DNA of 64,000 nucleotides from Candidatus Latescibacterota bacterium (GTDB lineage: Bacteria; Latescibacterota; UBA2968; UBA8231). Below the pieces are notes generated by a model that saw only the letters and a list, made by a program, of their open reading frames with translations, did no database searches and was not told the origin of the DNA. This document shows positions 29,945 to 38,643 of the stretch, piece by piece. Each line of letters starts with the position of its first letter. Within the stretch, counting starts at the first letter, position 1. A program made the translations under genes and the position numbers. The stretch spans positions 4,640,001 through 4,704,000 of the forward strand of contig CBDETY010000003.1 in the NCBI GenBank assembly GCA_965243025.1, in the 5' to 3' direction.

Positions 29945-30637
29945 TCACCGTGGGCTCAGCGCCCGCAGGTCCCGCAGGCCGAGCGGCGCTACCGCGAACT
30001 CCGCCCCCGCCTGCATCAGGGTGTCCCAGAGGTAGGCGCCGAGGGACCTGCCGCCGATCAGGGAGTACGAGGGCAGGCCGCCGACGTCGCCGCGGACGAT
30101 CAGCTGCCTCGTCTTCGCGACGCTGCTCTGGCGGGCGTCGCCGTCGGGGAAGCGCCGCTGGTCGAAGTCGAGCCCGCAGACCTTGGACAGCAGTTCCGGG
30201 GCGGCCGGTCCGACCAGGCGCAGCTCGCTGCAGCCGTGGGTGAGGTCGGTCACCGCGGTTTCTGCATTTTCCGAAGCCCCCTGTTCCCTGTGCAGGCGTT
30301 CCAGCGCCGGCGCGGCCTCGGCGGGGGCGGTGCCGATGAAGTACAGGTCCCGGCGCAGGCGGCAGACGCGGCCAGGCCCCAGGGTCTCGACGGTTGCGCT
30401 CTTCCCCACGGCGAGGGCCGGGGCGGCAAAGGCGGCGCCGACCAACCCTTCGGCGTCCTCACCCTGCACCTGGAGCTTGCCGTTGGCCGACTCGTCGGCG
30501 ATCGCCACCCCCCGGGCAGCGGCATCCGGTCCTGCTTCCGGGAAACGCTCGGCAACCTGCCAGCCGTCGCGCCCGGCGAACTCCGCGTCGAGCGTCCCCA
30601 GGCGGGAATGCAGGGGTGAAAGGGCGGTCGCGGCCAC
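29945..30637 (-). CDS. soxG: Heterotetrameric sarcosine oxidase / N-methylglutamate dehydrogenase gamma subunit-like
   Basis: SPLH N-terminus, VTDLTHG, LLSKVCGLD, RSLGAYLWD-L. GAGGAG RBS before GTG 30637. Last gene of soxBDAG. Confidence 0.78.
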   Translation of the reverse strand: MAATALSPLHSRLGTLDAEFAGRDGWQVAERFPEAGPDAAARGVAIADESANGKLQVQGEDAEGLVGAAFAAPALAVGKSATVETLGPGRVCRLRRDLYFIGTAPAEAAPALERLHREQGASENAETAVTDLTHGCSELRLVGPAAPELLSKVCGLDFDQRRFPDGDARQSSVAKTRQLIVRGDVGGLPSYSLIGGRSLGAYLWDTLMQAGAEFAVAPLGLRDLRALSPR

Positions 30638-30639
30638 GG

Positions 30640-33600
30640 TCAGCTCCTCAGGCGCTCGCCGGCCGGGTCGTAGAAGGCGCCGTGGTGAACGCGGGCTTCG
30701 GCCAGCCTGCCGCCGCAGTCGATGCGGAAGGTCTCCCCTTCGCGGGCGGCGACCTCGGCCGGCAGCCAGCAGAGGCCGATGGTGTCCCCGAGGGTGGGGC
30801 TGACGCGGCAGGAGGTCACCCAGCCGATGATCTCCGGCCGGCCGCGGCCGTTGCTCCGGACGATCTGCATCCCCTCTTCGGGCACGGGGTTCCGCTCCTT
30901 CATCACGAAGCCGGTGAGCCGCTGCCGCGGTCCCTCCGCGGCGACCCGCGCCAGAGCCCGCTTCCCGAGGAAGTCGGGCTTCTCGAGCTTGACCGCCCAG
31001 GCGGCGTCGGCGGCGATCGGGTCCGACAGCGCGTCGGTGTCCTGGCCGACGATGATGTGCCCCTTCTCGAGACGCAGAACGCGCTGGGCCTCGACGCCGA
31101 AAGGCCGGATGCCGAGCTCCTCCCCGGCCTCGAGGAGCCGCTCCCACAGGTGGCGGGCGAACCCGGCCGGGCAGTGGATCTCGTACGACAGCTCCCCGGT
31201 GAAGCCGATGCGCAGCAGCAGGCAGGGCACCCCGGCGACCTCGGCGCGGCGCGCCCGCATGTAGGGGAAGCGTCCGTTGGCGAGGTCGCGTTCGGTGAGC
31301 CGGGAAAGCAGCTCCCGCGAGCGCGGACCGGCAAGATTGAAGGCGGCGTTGGCTTCGGTCAAGTCGGCGACCTGCACCCCTTCCCCCCACCCGGACTGGC
31401 GCCACCACTCGATCCACTCCAGCACGTTTCCCGCCCCGGCCGAGGTCGTGCTCATGTACCACTCCCGGTCGGAGAGGCGGGCGCAGACCCCGTCGTCGAT
31501 GACCACCCCCTCGTCGTTGCACATGATGCCGTAGCGCACCCGCCCGCGGCGCAGGTCGCGCCACTGGTTGACGTAGAGCCGGTCGAGCAGTCCGGGGACA
31601 CCGGGGCCGGTGAGCTGCAGCTTGCCGAGCGGGCTGACGTCGATGAGGCCGGCGCGCTCGCGCACGGCGCGCACTTCCGCCGCCGGGTCGCCGTACTGCT
31701 CGGGACGCAGCCACGGCCCGGCCACCATCATGCGGGCGCCGTTGTCGAGGTGCCACTCGTGCAGCGGCGACACCTGCACCGGGTCCATCCGCTGCCCTGC
31801 GAGGGCGCCGAGGGTCACCGGGACCACCGGCGGCCGGGAGGTCGTCCTGCCGAGGTCGGCGACGGCGCGGCCGAGCTCCCGCCCGGCCTGCTCGAGACTG
31901 TTGAGGGCGCACATCTTCCCCTGGCAGGGGCCCATCGACACGGTGGTGTAGCGCTTCAGCAGCTCGACGCTGTCGTACCCCTCGGCGATGGCGGCGGCGA
32001 CGTCCTCGTCGGTGACGTCCTCGCACAGGCAGACGAAGCGTTTGCCGGAGCAGGACGGCAGCGGTGGCGGGGGTTCTCCGGAAGCGGCCGGTGGCAGCGT
32101 CGCGGGAGATCGGGCCGCACCCGGCCCGGCGGCGGCAGATGCCGTAGGCGTCCCGCGTGGGGAAACGGAGCCCTGCCAGCGAGGAGATGAGGCGCGGTCA
32201 GAAGCGCCTGCAAAGGAGGAGGCCGCGGCCCCGGCGGCGGCACCGTCGGCGGCCTGGGCTTCGACCCCTTCGACCCCGCGGCAGCGGCCGGCGTTGAAGA
32301 GGCCGGCGGGCAGCTCTCCGAGCCGGAACTCCCCTGAAGCGTCGTCGAAGCGGCCGCGGGCCCCGGCCATGAACAGCAGCTCGTTGGCAGGGGCGAAGCG
32401 CCCCCTGACGACGATGGAATCGCACGGGACCTCGAGCGTCGGGCCGGACCCGCTGGCGTTCCCGGCAGTTCCTCCGGCGGGCGAATCCGCTGATTCCGCC
32501 GGCCTGGCGGCCCCTCCGGCAGCTCGGACGGCGTCGGGATCGGCTGCTTTCGCTGACCCGGCGGCGGCCCCTCGGGCAACTCCGGCGGCGGTCGGGCGGG
32601 CTGCTTCTGATGACCCGGCGGCGACTGCTTCAACCTCCCCGGCTCCCGCTGCATCGGCGGCCGGATCCGCTGTTTCAACTGACGTTGCCGCGGCTGCGCC
32701 AAGCCCCCCGGCTCCCGCAGCCTCGGCAGCCGGCCCGATGAGTGCGGCCTTCACCGATCCGCGGCCCCGCGCTCCGACGATCCTGCTGCCGAGGTGGACG
32801 GCGGCACCCGCGGCCCGCAGGGCCGGCTCGAACTCGTTGGCAACCGCCTCTCTCTCGTCGACGAGGGCGGCGATCTCGACGCCGGCCTCACTCAGCTCGG
32901 CGGCCAGCCGCCACCCCTCGTCGTCCCCCGCCTCGACGACGGTCCGCCTGCCGGGAAGCACCCCGTGCAGGTGCAGCAGCCGCTGCGCGGCGCCGGCGAG
33001 CAGGATGCCGGGCAGGTCGTTGCCGGCGAACAGCCCCGGGGATTCCACCGCACCGGCGGCGGCGACGATGGCGCGGGCGCGGACCTTCAGCAGCCGGTTC
33101 CCCCGGAACGCCGCCAGCCAGTTGTCCTGGTACCAGCCGACGACCGCGGTGTCGAGATGGAGGACGGCGTTTCCGGCGCGCTCGATCTCCGCCAGCGCGG
33201 TCTGCACTGCCTCATCGGCGGCGGCCATTCCACCGGGGCGGCAGCGCAGGTGTCCTCCCGCTTCGGGGTTCTCGTCGAACAGCAGCACCCGCGCCCCCTC
33301 CCGGGCCGCGGCCGCGGCCGCGGCGATTCCCGCGGGTCCGGCGCCGACCACGGCGACGTCGGCGTGCAGGTACTGCTTGTCCCCCTCACCGGGGACCGCC
33401 TCCTCGTCGACGCTGCCGAGCCCGGCGGCGCGGCGCAGCACGCGCTCGTAGAGCGGCCACAACCGCGCCGGCCTGATGAAGGTCTTGTAGTAGAAGCCGA
33501 CCGGCATGAGCGGCGCCCCGAGACCGGCGAGGGACATGAGGTCGCGGTCGAGCGAGGGCCAGGCGTTCTGGGAGCGCACCTCCATGCCCGCCTCGACCGG

Positions 33601-33885
33601 CCGCCGGCAGGCGCGCACGTTCGCTTCGCCGCCGATCTGCACCAGGCAGTTCGGGCAGTGGCCGGCGCAGCAGAGCAGGCCGCGGGGGCGGTGGTACTTG
33701 AACGAGCGGCTGAGCGTCTTCACCCCGGCGGCGGCCAGCGCCGAGCCGACGGTGTCGCCGGGATGGGCCCGGTGCTTCACCCCGTCGAAGGTGAACTCGA
33801 TCAGCCCGGAGCGGTCTATCGCCTCGCCGGGGCGGGCCTCCGGGCGGCGCAGGGGCCAGTCTCCGGGCTGCAGGGGATCAGCCAT
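30640..33885 (-). CDS. soxA: Sarcosine oxidase / N-methylglutamate dehydrogenase alpha subunit-like (FAD/NAD + THF-binding GcvT domain)
   Basis: IDRS, GDTVGSAL, RSFKYHRPRG, VGAGPAG, CEDVT, ELLKRYTT..MGPCQGK, RIGFTGELSYEI, LRLEKG. Contains an Ala/Gly-rich insertion. Confidence 0.88.
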   Translation of the reverse strand: MADPLQPGDWPLRRPEARPGEAIDRSGLIEFTFDGVKHRAHPGDTVGSALAAAGVKTLSRSFKYHRPRGLLCCAGHCPNCLVQIGGEANVRACRRPVEAGMEVRSQNAWPSLDRDLMSLAGLGAPLMPVGFYYKTFIRPARLWPLYERVLRRAAGLGSVDEEAVPGEGDKQYLHADVAVVGAGPAGIAAAAAAAREGARVLLFDENPEAGGHLRCRPGGMAAADEAVQTALAEIERAGNAVLHLDTAVVGWYQDNWLAAFRGNRLLKVRARAIVAAAGAVESPGLFAGNDLPGILLAGAAQRLLHLHGVLPGRRTVVEAGDDEGWRLAAELSEAGVEIAALVDEREAVANEFEPALRAAGAAVHLGSRIVGARGRGSVKAALIGPAAEAAGAGGLGAAAATSVETADPAADAAGAGEVEAVAAGSSEAARPTAAGVARGAAAGSAKAADPDAVRAAGGAARPAESADSPAGGTAGNASGSGPTLEVPCDSIVVRGRFAPANELLFMAGARGRFDDASGEFRLGELPAGLFNAGRCRGVEGVEAQAADGAAAGAAASSFAGASDRASSPRWQGSVSPRGTPTASAAAGPGAARSPATLPPAASGEPPPPLPSCSGKRFVCLCEDVTDEDVAAAIAEGYDSVELLKRYTTVSMGPCQGKMCALNSLEQAGRELGRAVADLGRTTSRPPVVPVTLGALAGQRMDPVQVSPLHEWHLDNGARMMVAGPWLRPEQYGDPAAEVRAVRERAGLIDVSPLGKLQLTGPGVPGLLDRLYVNQWRDLRRGRVRYGIMCNDEGVVIDDGVCARLSDREWYMSTTSAGAGNVLEWIEWWRQSGWGEGVQVADLTEANAAFNLAGPRSRELLSRLTERDLANGRFPYMRARRAEVAGVPCLLLRIGFTGELSYEIHCPAGFARHLWERLLEAGEELGIRPFGVEAQRVLRLEKGHIIVGQDTDALSDPIAADAAWAVKLEKPDFLGKRALARVAAEGPRQRLTGFVMKERNPVPEEGMQIVRSNGRGRPEIIGWVTSCRVSPTLGDTIGLCWLPAEVAAREGETFRIDCGGRLAEARVHHGAFYDPAGERLRS
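32452..32736. repeat. Degenerate in-frame tandem repeats (54-57 bp units plus a duplication with 69-bp period) within soxA
   Basis: ggcggcccctccggcagctc...gctgacccggc (32506) and ggcggcccctcgggcaactc...gatgacccggc (32563), with a related copy at 32452. ccccggctcccgc..c.tcggc.gccgg occurs at about 32637 and 32706. Confidence 0.65.
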
Positions 33886-34153
33886 TTTCATCCTCCGAAG
33901 GCCGCCATTCCCAGGCGCGGATCACCTCGTTGCTCCCGCGGTCGCGCTCGATCAGGAACCACAGGCCGCACCCGGACGCGTGCAGCCACCACTCGGTCTG
34001 CGGGCCCATCGGGTTGGCGCGCAGGTAGAGATAGCGGATCCACTCCTCATCCGGGGTTTCCTGCGGCCGGGACGGCCTCGGGTGGCTCTCGCCGCCGTAG
34101 CGGAACTCGCTGGCGTTGCGCTCGCCGCAGTTGGGGCAGGGAATCAGCAGCAT
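33878..34153 (-). CDS. soxD: Sarcosine oxidase delta subunit-like (Zn-binding)
   Basis: MLLIPCPNCGER..SEFRYGGE, YLYLRANP, EWWLH..GC..WF..ERD. Confidence 0.9.
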   Translation of the reverse strand: MLLIPCPNCGERNASEFRYGGESHPRPSRPQETPDEEWIRYLYLRANPMGPQTEWWLHASGCGLWFLIERDRGSNEVIRAWEWRPSEDENG

Positions 34154-34157
34154 CGCG

Positions 34158-35396
34158 TCAATGGCCTACCGAGGCCGCCCCTTTCTCGCCGACCTGGTCG
34201 AACTCGGAGAAGCGGGACAGCCGGAACGGGGCGATCAGCTCCGGGGTGCGCTTCGTTGCGATCAGCTCGGCCATGGTCCTGCCGCAGATCGGGGATGCCT
34301 TGAAGCCGTAGGTCCCCCAGCCGACGTCGAGGAGGAAGCCGTCTACCGGGGTGACCCCCATCAGGGGGCTGAAGTCCGGCGGCATCTCGCACAGCCCCGC
34401 CCACTGGCGCAGCACCTTGACCTCGCCGAGGAAGGGGAACAGCTCCAGCACGTGGCCGGCGATCCCCTCGAGGAAATCGAGGGAAGAGTCGACGGAGTAG
34501 GAGGTGAACGGGTCGATGCTTGCCCCCATCACCAGCTCGCCGCGGTCGGACTGGCTGACGTACACGTGCAGGCTGCCCGAGACCACGACGACGTCGAGAA
34601 ACGGTTTCAGCGGCTCGGTGACGCAGGCCTGCAGGGGGAAGGTCTCCATCGGCAGCTCGAGGCCGACCATGCGGGCTATGTTGGAACCCCAGCCCGCGGT
34701 GGCGTTGAGCACCGTTTCCGCCTCGACGAAGCCGCGGTTGGTGTGCACCCCGGCGACGGCTCCGTTGCGCACCTCGATGCCGGTGACCTCGGTCTGCTGG
34801 TGGATGTGCACGCCGCGCCTGTCGGCGTGGTGGGCGAACCCCCAGACCACGGCGTCGTGGCGGATGATGCCCCCCGGCGGGTGGTAGAGGGCGGCGAGTA
34901 CGGGGAAGCGCGGATGGTCGCTGAGGTCGAGCTGGGGGCATAGCCTGGAGAGCTCGTCGGGCCAGACGAGACGGGAGTCGACCCCCTCGAGGCGGTTTAC
35001 TTCGGCACGACGCCGCATCGTCCGCACCGAGCCGTCGTTGTGGGCGAGGGTGAGGTGGCCGCGCTGCGAAAACATGACGTTGAAATCGAGCTCGACCGAC
35101 AGCTTCTCGTACAGCTTGACGCTGCGGTCGTAGAAGCGCACCCCTTCCGAAGTCAGGTAGTTCGAGCGGATGATGGCTGTGTTGCGGCCGCTGCCCCCCG
35201 AGCCGATGTAGCTCTTCTCCAGCACCGCGACGTCGGTGATCCCGTGCTCCTTGGCCAGGTAGTAGGCGCAGGCCAGACCGTGGGCGCCGCCGCCGATGAT
35301 GACGGCGTCGTAGCGGCGCTCCAGGTCGCGGGACCGCCACATGCGTCCGGCGGGCCTGCCCCCGTTCAGGGCCTGACGGATCAGCTTGAGGGACAT
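34158..35396 (-). CDS. soxB: Sarcosine oxidase / N-methylglutamate dehydrogenase beta subunit-like (FAD)
   Basis: IIGGGAHGLACAYYLAKEHG, GSGRNTAIIRSNY, FSQRG, RHDAVVWG, LRQWAG, GWGTYGFKA, EKGAASVGH. Confidence 0.92.
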   Translation of the reverse strand: MSLKLIRQALNGGRPAGRMWRSRDLERRYDAVIIGGGAHGLACAYYLAKEHGITDVAVLEKSYIGSGGSGRNTAIIRSNYLTSEGVRFYDRSVKLYEKLSVELDFNVMFSQRGHLTLAHNDGSVRTMRRRAEVNRLEGVDSRLVWPDELSRLCPQLDLSDHPRFPVLAALYHPPGGIIRHDAVVWGFAHHADRRGVHIHQQTEVTGIEVRNGAVAGVHTNRGFVEAETVLNATAGWGSNIARMVGLELPMETFPLQACVTEPLKPFLDVVVVSGSLHVYVSQSDRGELVMGASIDPFTSYSVDSSLDFLEGIAGHVLELFPFLGEVKVLRQWAGLCEMPPDFSPLMGVTPVDGFLLDVGWGTYGFKASPICGRTMAELIATKRTPELIAPFRLSRFSEFDQVGEKGAASVGH

Positions 35397-35525
35397 TTGT
35401 GCGGGACCCGCGAGGCGGGCGGGGTGAACGCAGGGGTGCGCAGGGGAGACTTGCCGGCGGAGTTCAATGGTGTGCGGTGGAGAGAGGTTTTCGAGGCCCC
35501 CGGTCAGGGCGGCAGGGAACTACCG

Positions 35526-35554
35526 ATGGTAGGCCACCGGCGGGGACTCATCAA
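35526..35554 (-). promoter_or_regulatory. Putative sigma70 promoter for the sox/mgd operon
   Basis: Minus strand TTGATG-N17-TACCAT, about 130 bp upstream of soxB. Confidence 0.45.
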
Positions 35555-35636
35555 GGCGCGAAACCGGTTTCCCGCGCCGGCGGAATTGCCGGCAGGCGGG
35601 GTATTTGCCTAGTGTTGCTGCGATGGGACGGCGCTC

Positions 35637-37451
35637 GTGAAAAACCTCGGATCCTTTATCCGGCTGCTCGAGAGAGAAGGGGAACTGGCGCGGGTCGAAG
35701 CCCCGGTCGACTCCGACCTCGAGCTCGCCGAAATCCATCGCCGCGTCATCGCCGCGGGGGGACCGGCGCTGCTGTTCGAGCGCGTCGAAGGGGCGGACTT
35801 CCCCGCGGTCACCAACCTTTTCGGCACCTCCCGCCGGGTCGACCTGGCGTTCGGGCCGCGGCCTGAGCGCTTCCTGAGAGAGCTGGTCGAGGTGGCCCAC
35901 CAGCTATCCTCGCTGGCACCGCGCAAGCTCTGGGGCCACCGCGGGCTGGCGCGGGAAGCGATGCGGCTCGGCCTGCGCACCGTCCGCGGCGGCCCGGTCC
36001 TCGAATGCCGGCAGGCCGCCCCCGACCTGCGCCGCCTGCCGCTGATCAAGACCTGGCCCGAGGACGGCGGCCACTTCATCACCCTGCCGCTGGTCTACAC
36101 CGAGCACCCGGACAGCGGCCAGCACAACCTCGGCATCTACCGCATTCAGCGTCACGACCCGCGCACCCTCGGGGTGCACTGGCAGATCCAGAAGGGGGGC
36201 GGGTTCCACTACCACGTCGCCGAGCAACGGGATGAAGCCCTGCCGCTGGCGATCTTCGTCGGCGGGCCGCCGGCGCTGATCCTGTCCGCCATCGCGCCGC
36301 TGCCCGAGGGGATGCCGGAGCTGGTGCTCGCCTCCCTGCTGCAGGGCGGCAAGCTCCAGCGCGTGCGCGACCCCGGCGGTCCGCTGCCCCTGCTCGCCGA
36401 GGCGGAGTTCGCCGTCACCGGCAGGGTGCCGCCGCACCGGCGCCTGCCCGAGGGGCCTTTCGGCGACCATTTCGGGTACTACTCGCTGCGCCACGACTAC
36501 CCCTTCCTCGAGGTCGGAAACGTCTACCACCGGCGAGGCGCCGTCTTCCCCGCCACCGTCGTCGGCAAGCCGCCGCAGGAGGACCTCTACCTCGGCAACT
36601 ACATCCAGAAGCTGATGGAGCCGTTGACCGGCCTCGTCATGCCGGCGATCAAGGGGATCTGGAGCTACGGCGAGACCGGCTACCACTGCCTGTCGAGCAT
36701 CCTCGTCGAGGAACGCTACCCCCGCGAGGCGATGAAGTTCGCCTTCCGCATCTTCGGCGAGGACGGAGGGCAGCTGGCGCTGACCAAGTTCCTGGTCGTC
36801 CTCGACGGGGCCGGCGTCGAGCTGCGGGACTTCCGCCAGGTGCTGGAGCACGTGCTGGCGCGCGCCCGGTTCGAGACCGACCTGTTCGTCATCGCCAACC
36901 TCGCCATGGACACCCTCGACTACTCGGGGCCGGCGGTGAACGAGGGCAGCAAGGGGATCCTGCTGGGCGTCGGGGAGCCGCACCGCACCCTGCCGGCGGA
37001 GTTCGCCGGACCGCTGCCGGCCGGGGCCGCGGACGCGCAGCCGTACTGCGCCGGATGCCTGGCGGTCGCCGGTCCGGGGTACGCCGCCGACCCGGACTAC
37101 GGGCAGCGGCTGGCAGCCGATCCCGCGGTTGCGGAATGGCCGCTGATCTTCCTCGCCGACGACGCCGGGATCGTCGCCAGCAACGTCCGCTTTCTGTGGA
37201 CGGCGTTCACCCGCTTCGAGCCGGCGGCCGACGTCAGCGCCGCCGGGGTCCGCCTGCACCGGCACCACCCCTGCTTCACCGCTCCCGTGGTCTTCGACTG
37301 CCGCCTCAAGCCCGGATTCCCCGACGAGCTGGTGGCCGACGAGGAGATCACGCGGCGGGTGACCTCCCGCTGGGACGAGTACTTTCCCGGGGGGGGCGTC
37401 GAGGGGGAGGAGGACCGGTTCGGGTACGGGGGATTCCGGCGCCTGGACTGA
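35637..37451 (+). CDS. UbiD-family (prFMN-dependent) decarboxylase, long form; possible menaquinone-pathway decarboxylase
   Basis: GGPALLF, WPEDGG.FITLP, NLGIYR, EGPFGDHFGYYS, TVVGKPPQED, DTLDYSG, plus an extra C-terminal domain. Confidence 0.85.
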   Translation: MKNLGSFIRLLEREGELARVEAPVDSDLELAEIHRRVIAAGGPALLFERVEGADFPAVTNLFGTSRRVDLAFGPRPERFLRELVEVAHQLSSLAPRKLWGHRGLAREAMRLGLRTVRGGPVLECRQAAPDLRRLPLIKTWPEDGGHFITLPLVYTEHPDSGQHNLGIYRIQRHDPRTLGVHWQIQKGGGFHYHVAEQRDEALPLAIFVGGPPALILSAIAPLPEGMPELVLASLLQGGKLQRVRDPGGPLPLLAEAEFAVTGRVPPHRRLPEGPFGDHFGYYSLRHDYPFLEVGNVYHRRGAVFPATVVGKPPQEDLYLGNYIQKLMEPLTGLVMPAIKGIWSYGETGYHCLSSILVEERYPREAMKFAFRIFGEDGGQLALTKFLVVLDGAGVELRDFRQVLEHVLARARFETDLFVIANLAMDTLDYSGPAVNEGSKGILLGVGEPHRTLPAEFAGPLPAGAADAQPYCAGCLAVAGPGYAADPDYGQRLAADPAVAEWPLIFLADDAGIVASNVRFLWTAFTRFEPAADVSAAGVRLHRHHPCFTAPVVFDCRLKPGFPDELVADEEITRRVTSRWDEYFPGGGVEGEEDRFGYGGFRRLD

Positions 37452-37488
37452 GAGGCGAGGCTGTCAACTCGAGGTTCAGGCCAATTCG

Positions 37489-37521
37489 TTCAACGATTCT
37501 GTTGTCAACGGATTTGTTGAA
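37489..37521. terminator. AT-rich hairpin between the convergent ubiD-like and NYN genes (possible bidirectional terminator)
   Basis: ttcaacgattctgttg / caacggatttgttgaa imperfect inverted repeat. Confidence 0.4.
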
Positions 37522-37577
37522 AAGGGGCCGCGGTCGAGCTGCCATTGACTGAGCAGGCAGGGGTCAAACCCGGCTTC

Positions 37578-38372
37578 TCAACTCGTCCCCCACAGCTCGG
37601 GGCGGAACTCTACGGCCTTGACCGCCTTGGCCCTGCCGTTCTCTTCCTCCAGCTCGAACTCGATCGTGGTGCCGCGCGTCTTGAACTGGGCGAACAGGGC
37701 GTTGGTCACCGCGCCGCCCTTCACCGTCTGCAGATCGGAGATGTGCAGGAAGACATCCTCGCGCACGCTGTCGAGCTCCATGCCGGTCCGCACCGTGAGG
37801 AAGCCGAACCCCTTTTCCTCGTTGACCATGTGCAGGATCCCCCTGACGCGCCGGTCGGGGCCGCGGTCGTCGGGAAGGATCCCGGGCACCAGGTAGCCGG
37901 AGAAGTGGTTGTCCACCTCCTGGCGCAGGTCCCTGCTGGTGTTCATGAACGACAGCAGATCGACCCGCTTGCCCCTGTTCTGCAAGGCCCGCACGAGGCG
38001 CACGAAGTCGCCGTCGCCGCTGCCGAGCAGCACGTAGTCGAGGTTGGCCGACTGCAGCAGGGCGTCCACGGCCAGCTCGAGGTCGGCGTTGGCCTTGATG
38101 ATGACCTGGCCCTCCGGATCGCGGTACTGCTTCACCTCCTTGAGCACCAAGTGGAATCCTTCCCGCCGCACCCGGGTGCGGTACTCCTCCCTCCTCTGTT
38201 GGTACTCCATGTCCACGCTTTCGCGCTCGCTGTTGATCGCCATGTAGGCATTGGCCCGCAGGACCATCCCCCCCTGGCCCTCGACCAGGGCCCTGACCTG
38301 GCGGAACTGGAGGGCGTAGCCCCCGCAGCGGCTCAGGTTGTCCATGTCGAGGAAAATCCCGGCTTTCAGCAC
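37578..38372 (-). CDS. NYN (LabA/DUF88) nuclease domain fused to a cold-shock (CSD/OB) domain
   Basis: IFLDMDNL, KANADLELAVD and LGSGDGDFVRLV (NYN acidic motifs), followed by EKGFGFL and DVFLHISD (CSD RNP1/RNP2). RBS AAAGGAAG before GTG. Confidence 0.85.
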   Translation of the reverse strand: MLKAGIFLDMDNLSRCGGYALQFRQVRALVEGQGGMVLRANAYMAINSERESVDMEYQQRREEYRTRVRREGFHLVLKEVKQYRDPEGQVIIKANADLELAVDALLQSANLDYVLLGSGDGDFVRLVRALQNRGKRVDLLSFMNTSRDLRQEVDNHFSGYLVPGILPDDRGPDRRVRGILHMVNEEKGFGFLTVRTGMELDSVREDVFLHISDLQTVKGGAVTNALFAQFKTRGTTIEFELEEENGRAKAVKAVEFRPELWGTS

Positions 38373-38643
38373 TGCTCTTCCTTTCGGCTTCGATGGCCTG
38401 CGCACGGTTGAGGGCGCACCGCAGTCCTTTCCGGACGCCCGCTTCGTTCTTGAACCCGGTCTTCCGGATACGTTAAGATATGCCGCTGTCCGGCGCTGTT
38501 CGGTCCCGGTCCAACACCGAACCGAACCTCTGGCCGTCCTCGGTCCCCCCGCCCCGGCCGGCCCCTGAACGCCAGCCCTGCCGGACACCTGAAGCGGTGA
38601 AACGGCCGGGCTCCAGGTCCCGAATCAAGAGCGAGGAAATAAC

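Noticed and set aside
35397-35525. Glycine or THF riboswitch in the soxB leader
   Set aside because: No recognisable GGAGA...CCGAAG...CTCTCAGG or THF aptamer motifs on the coding strand.
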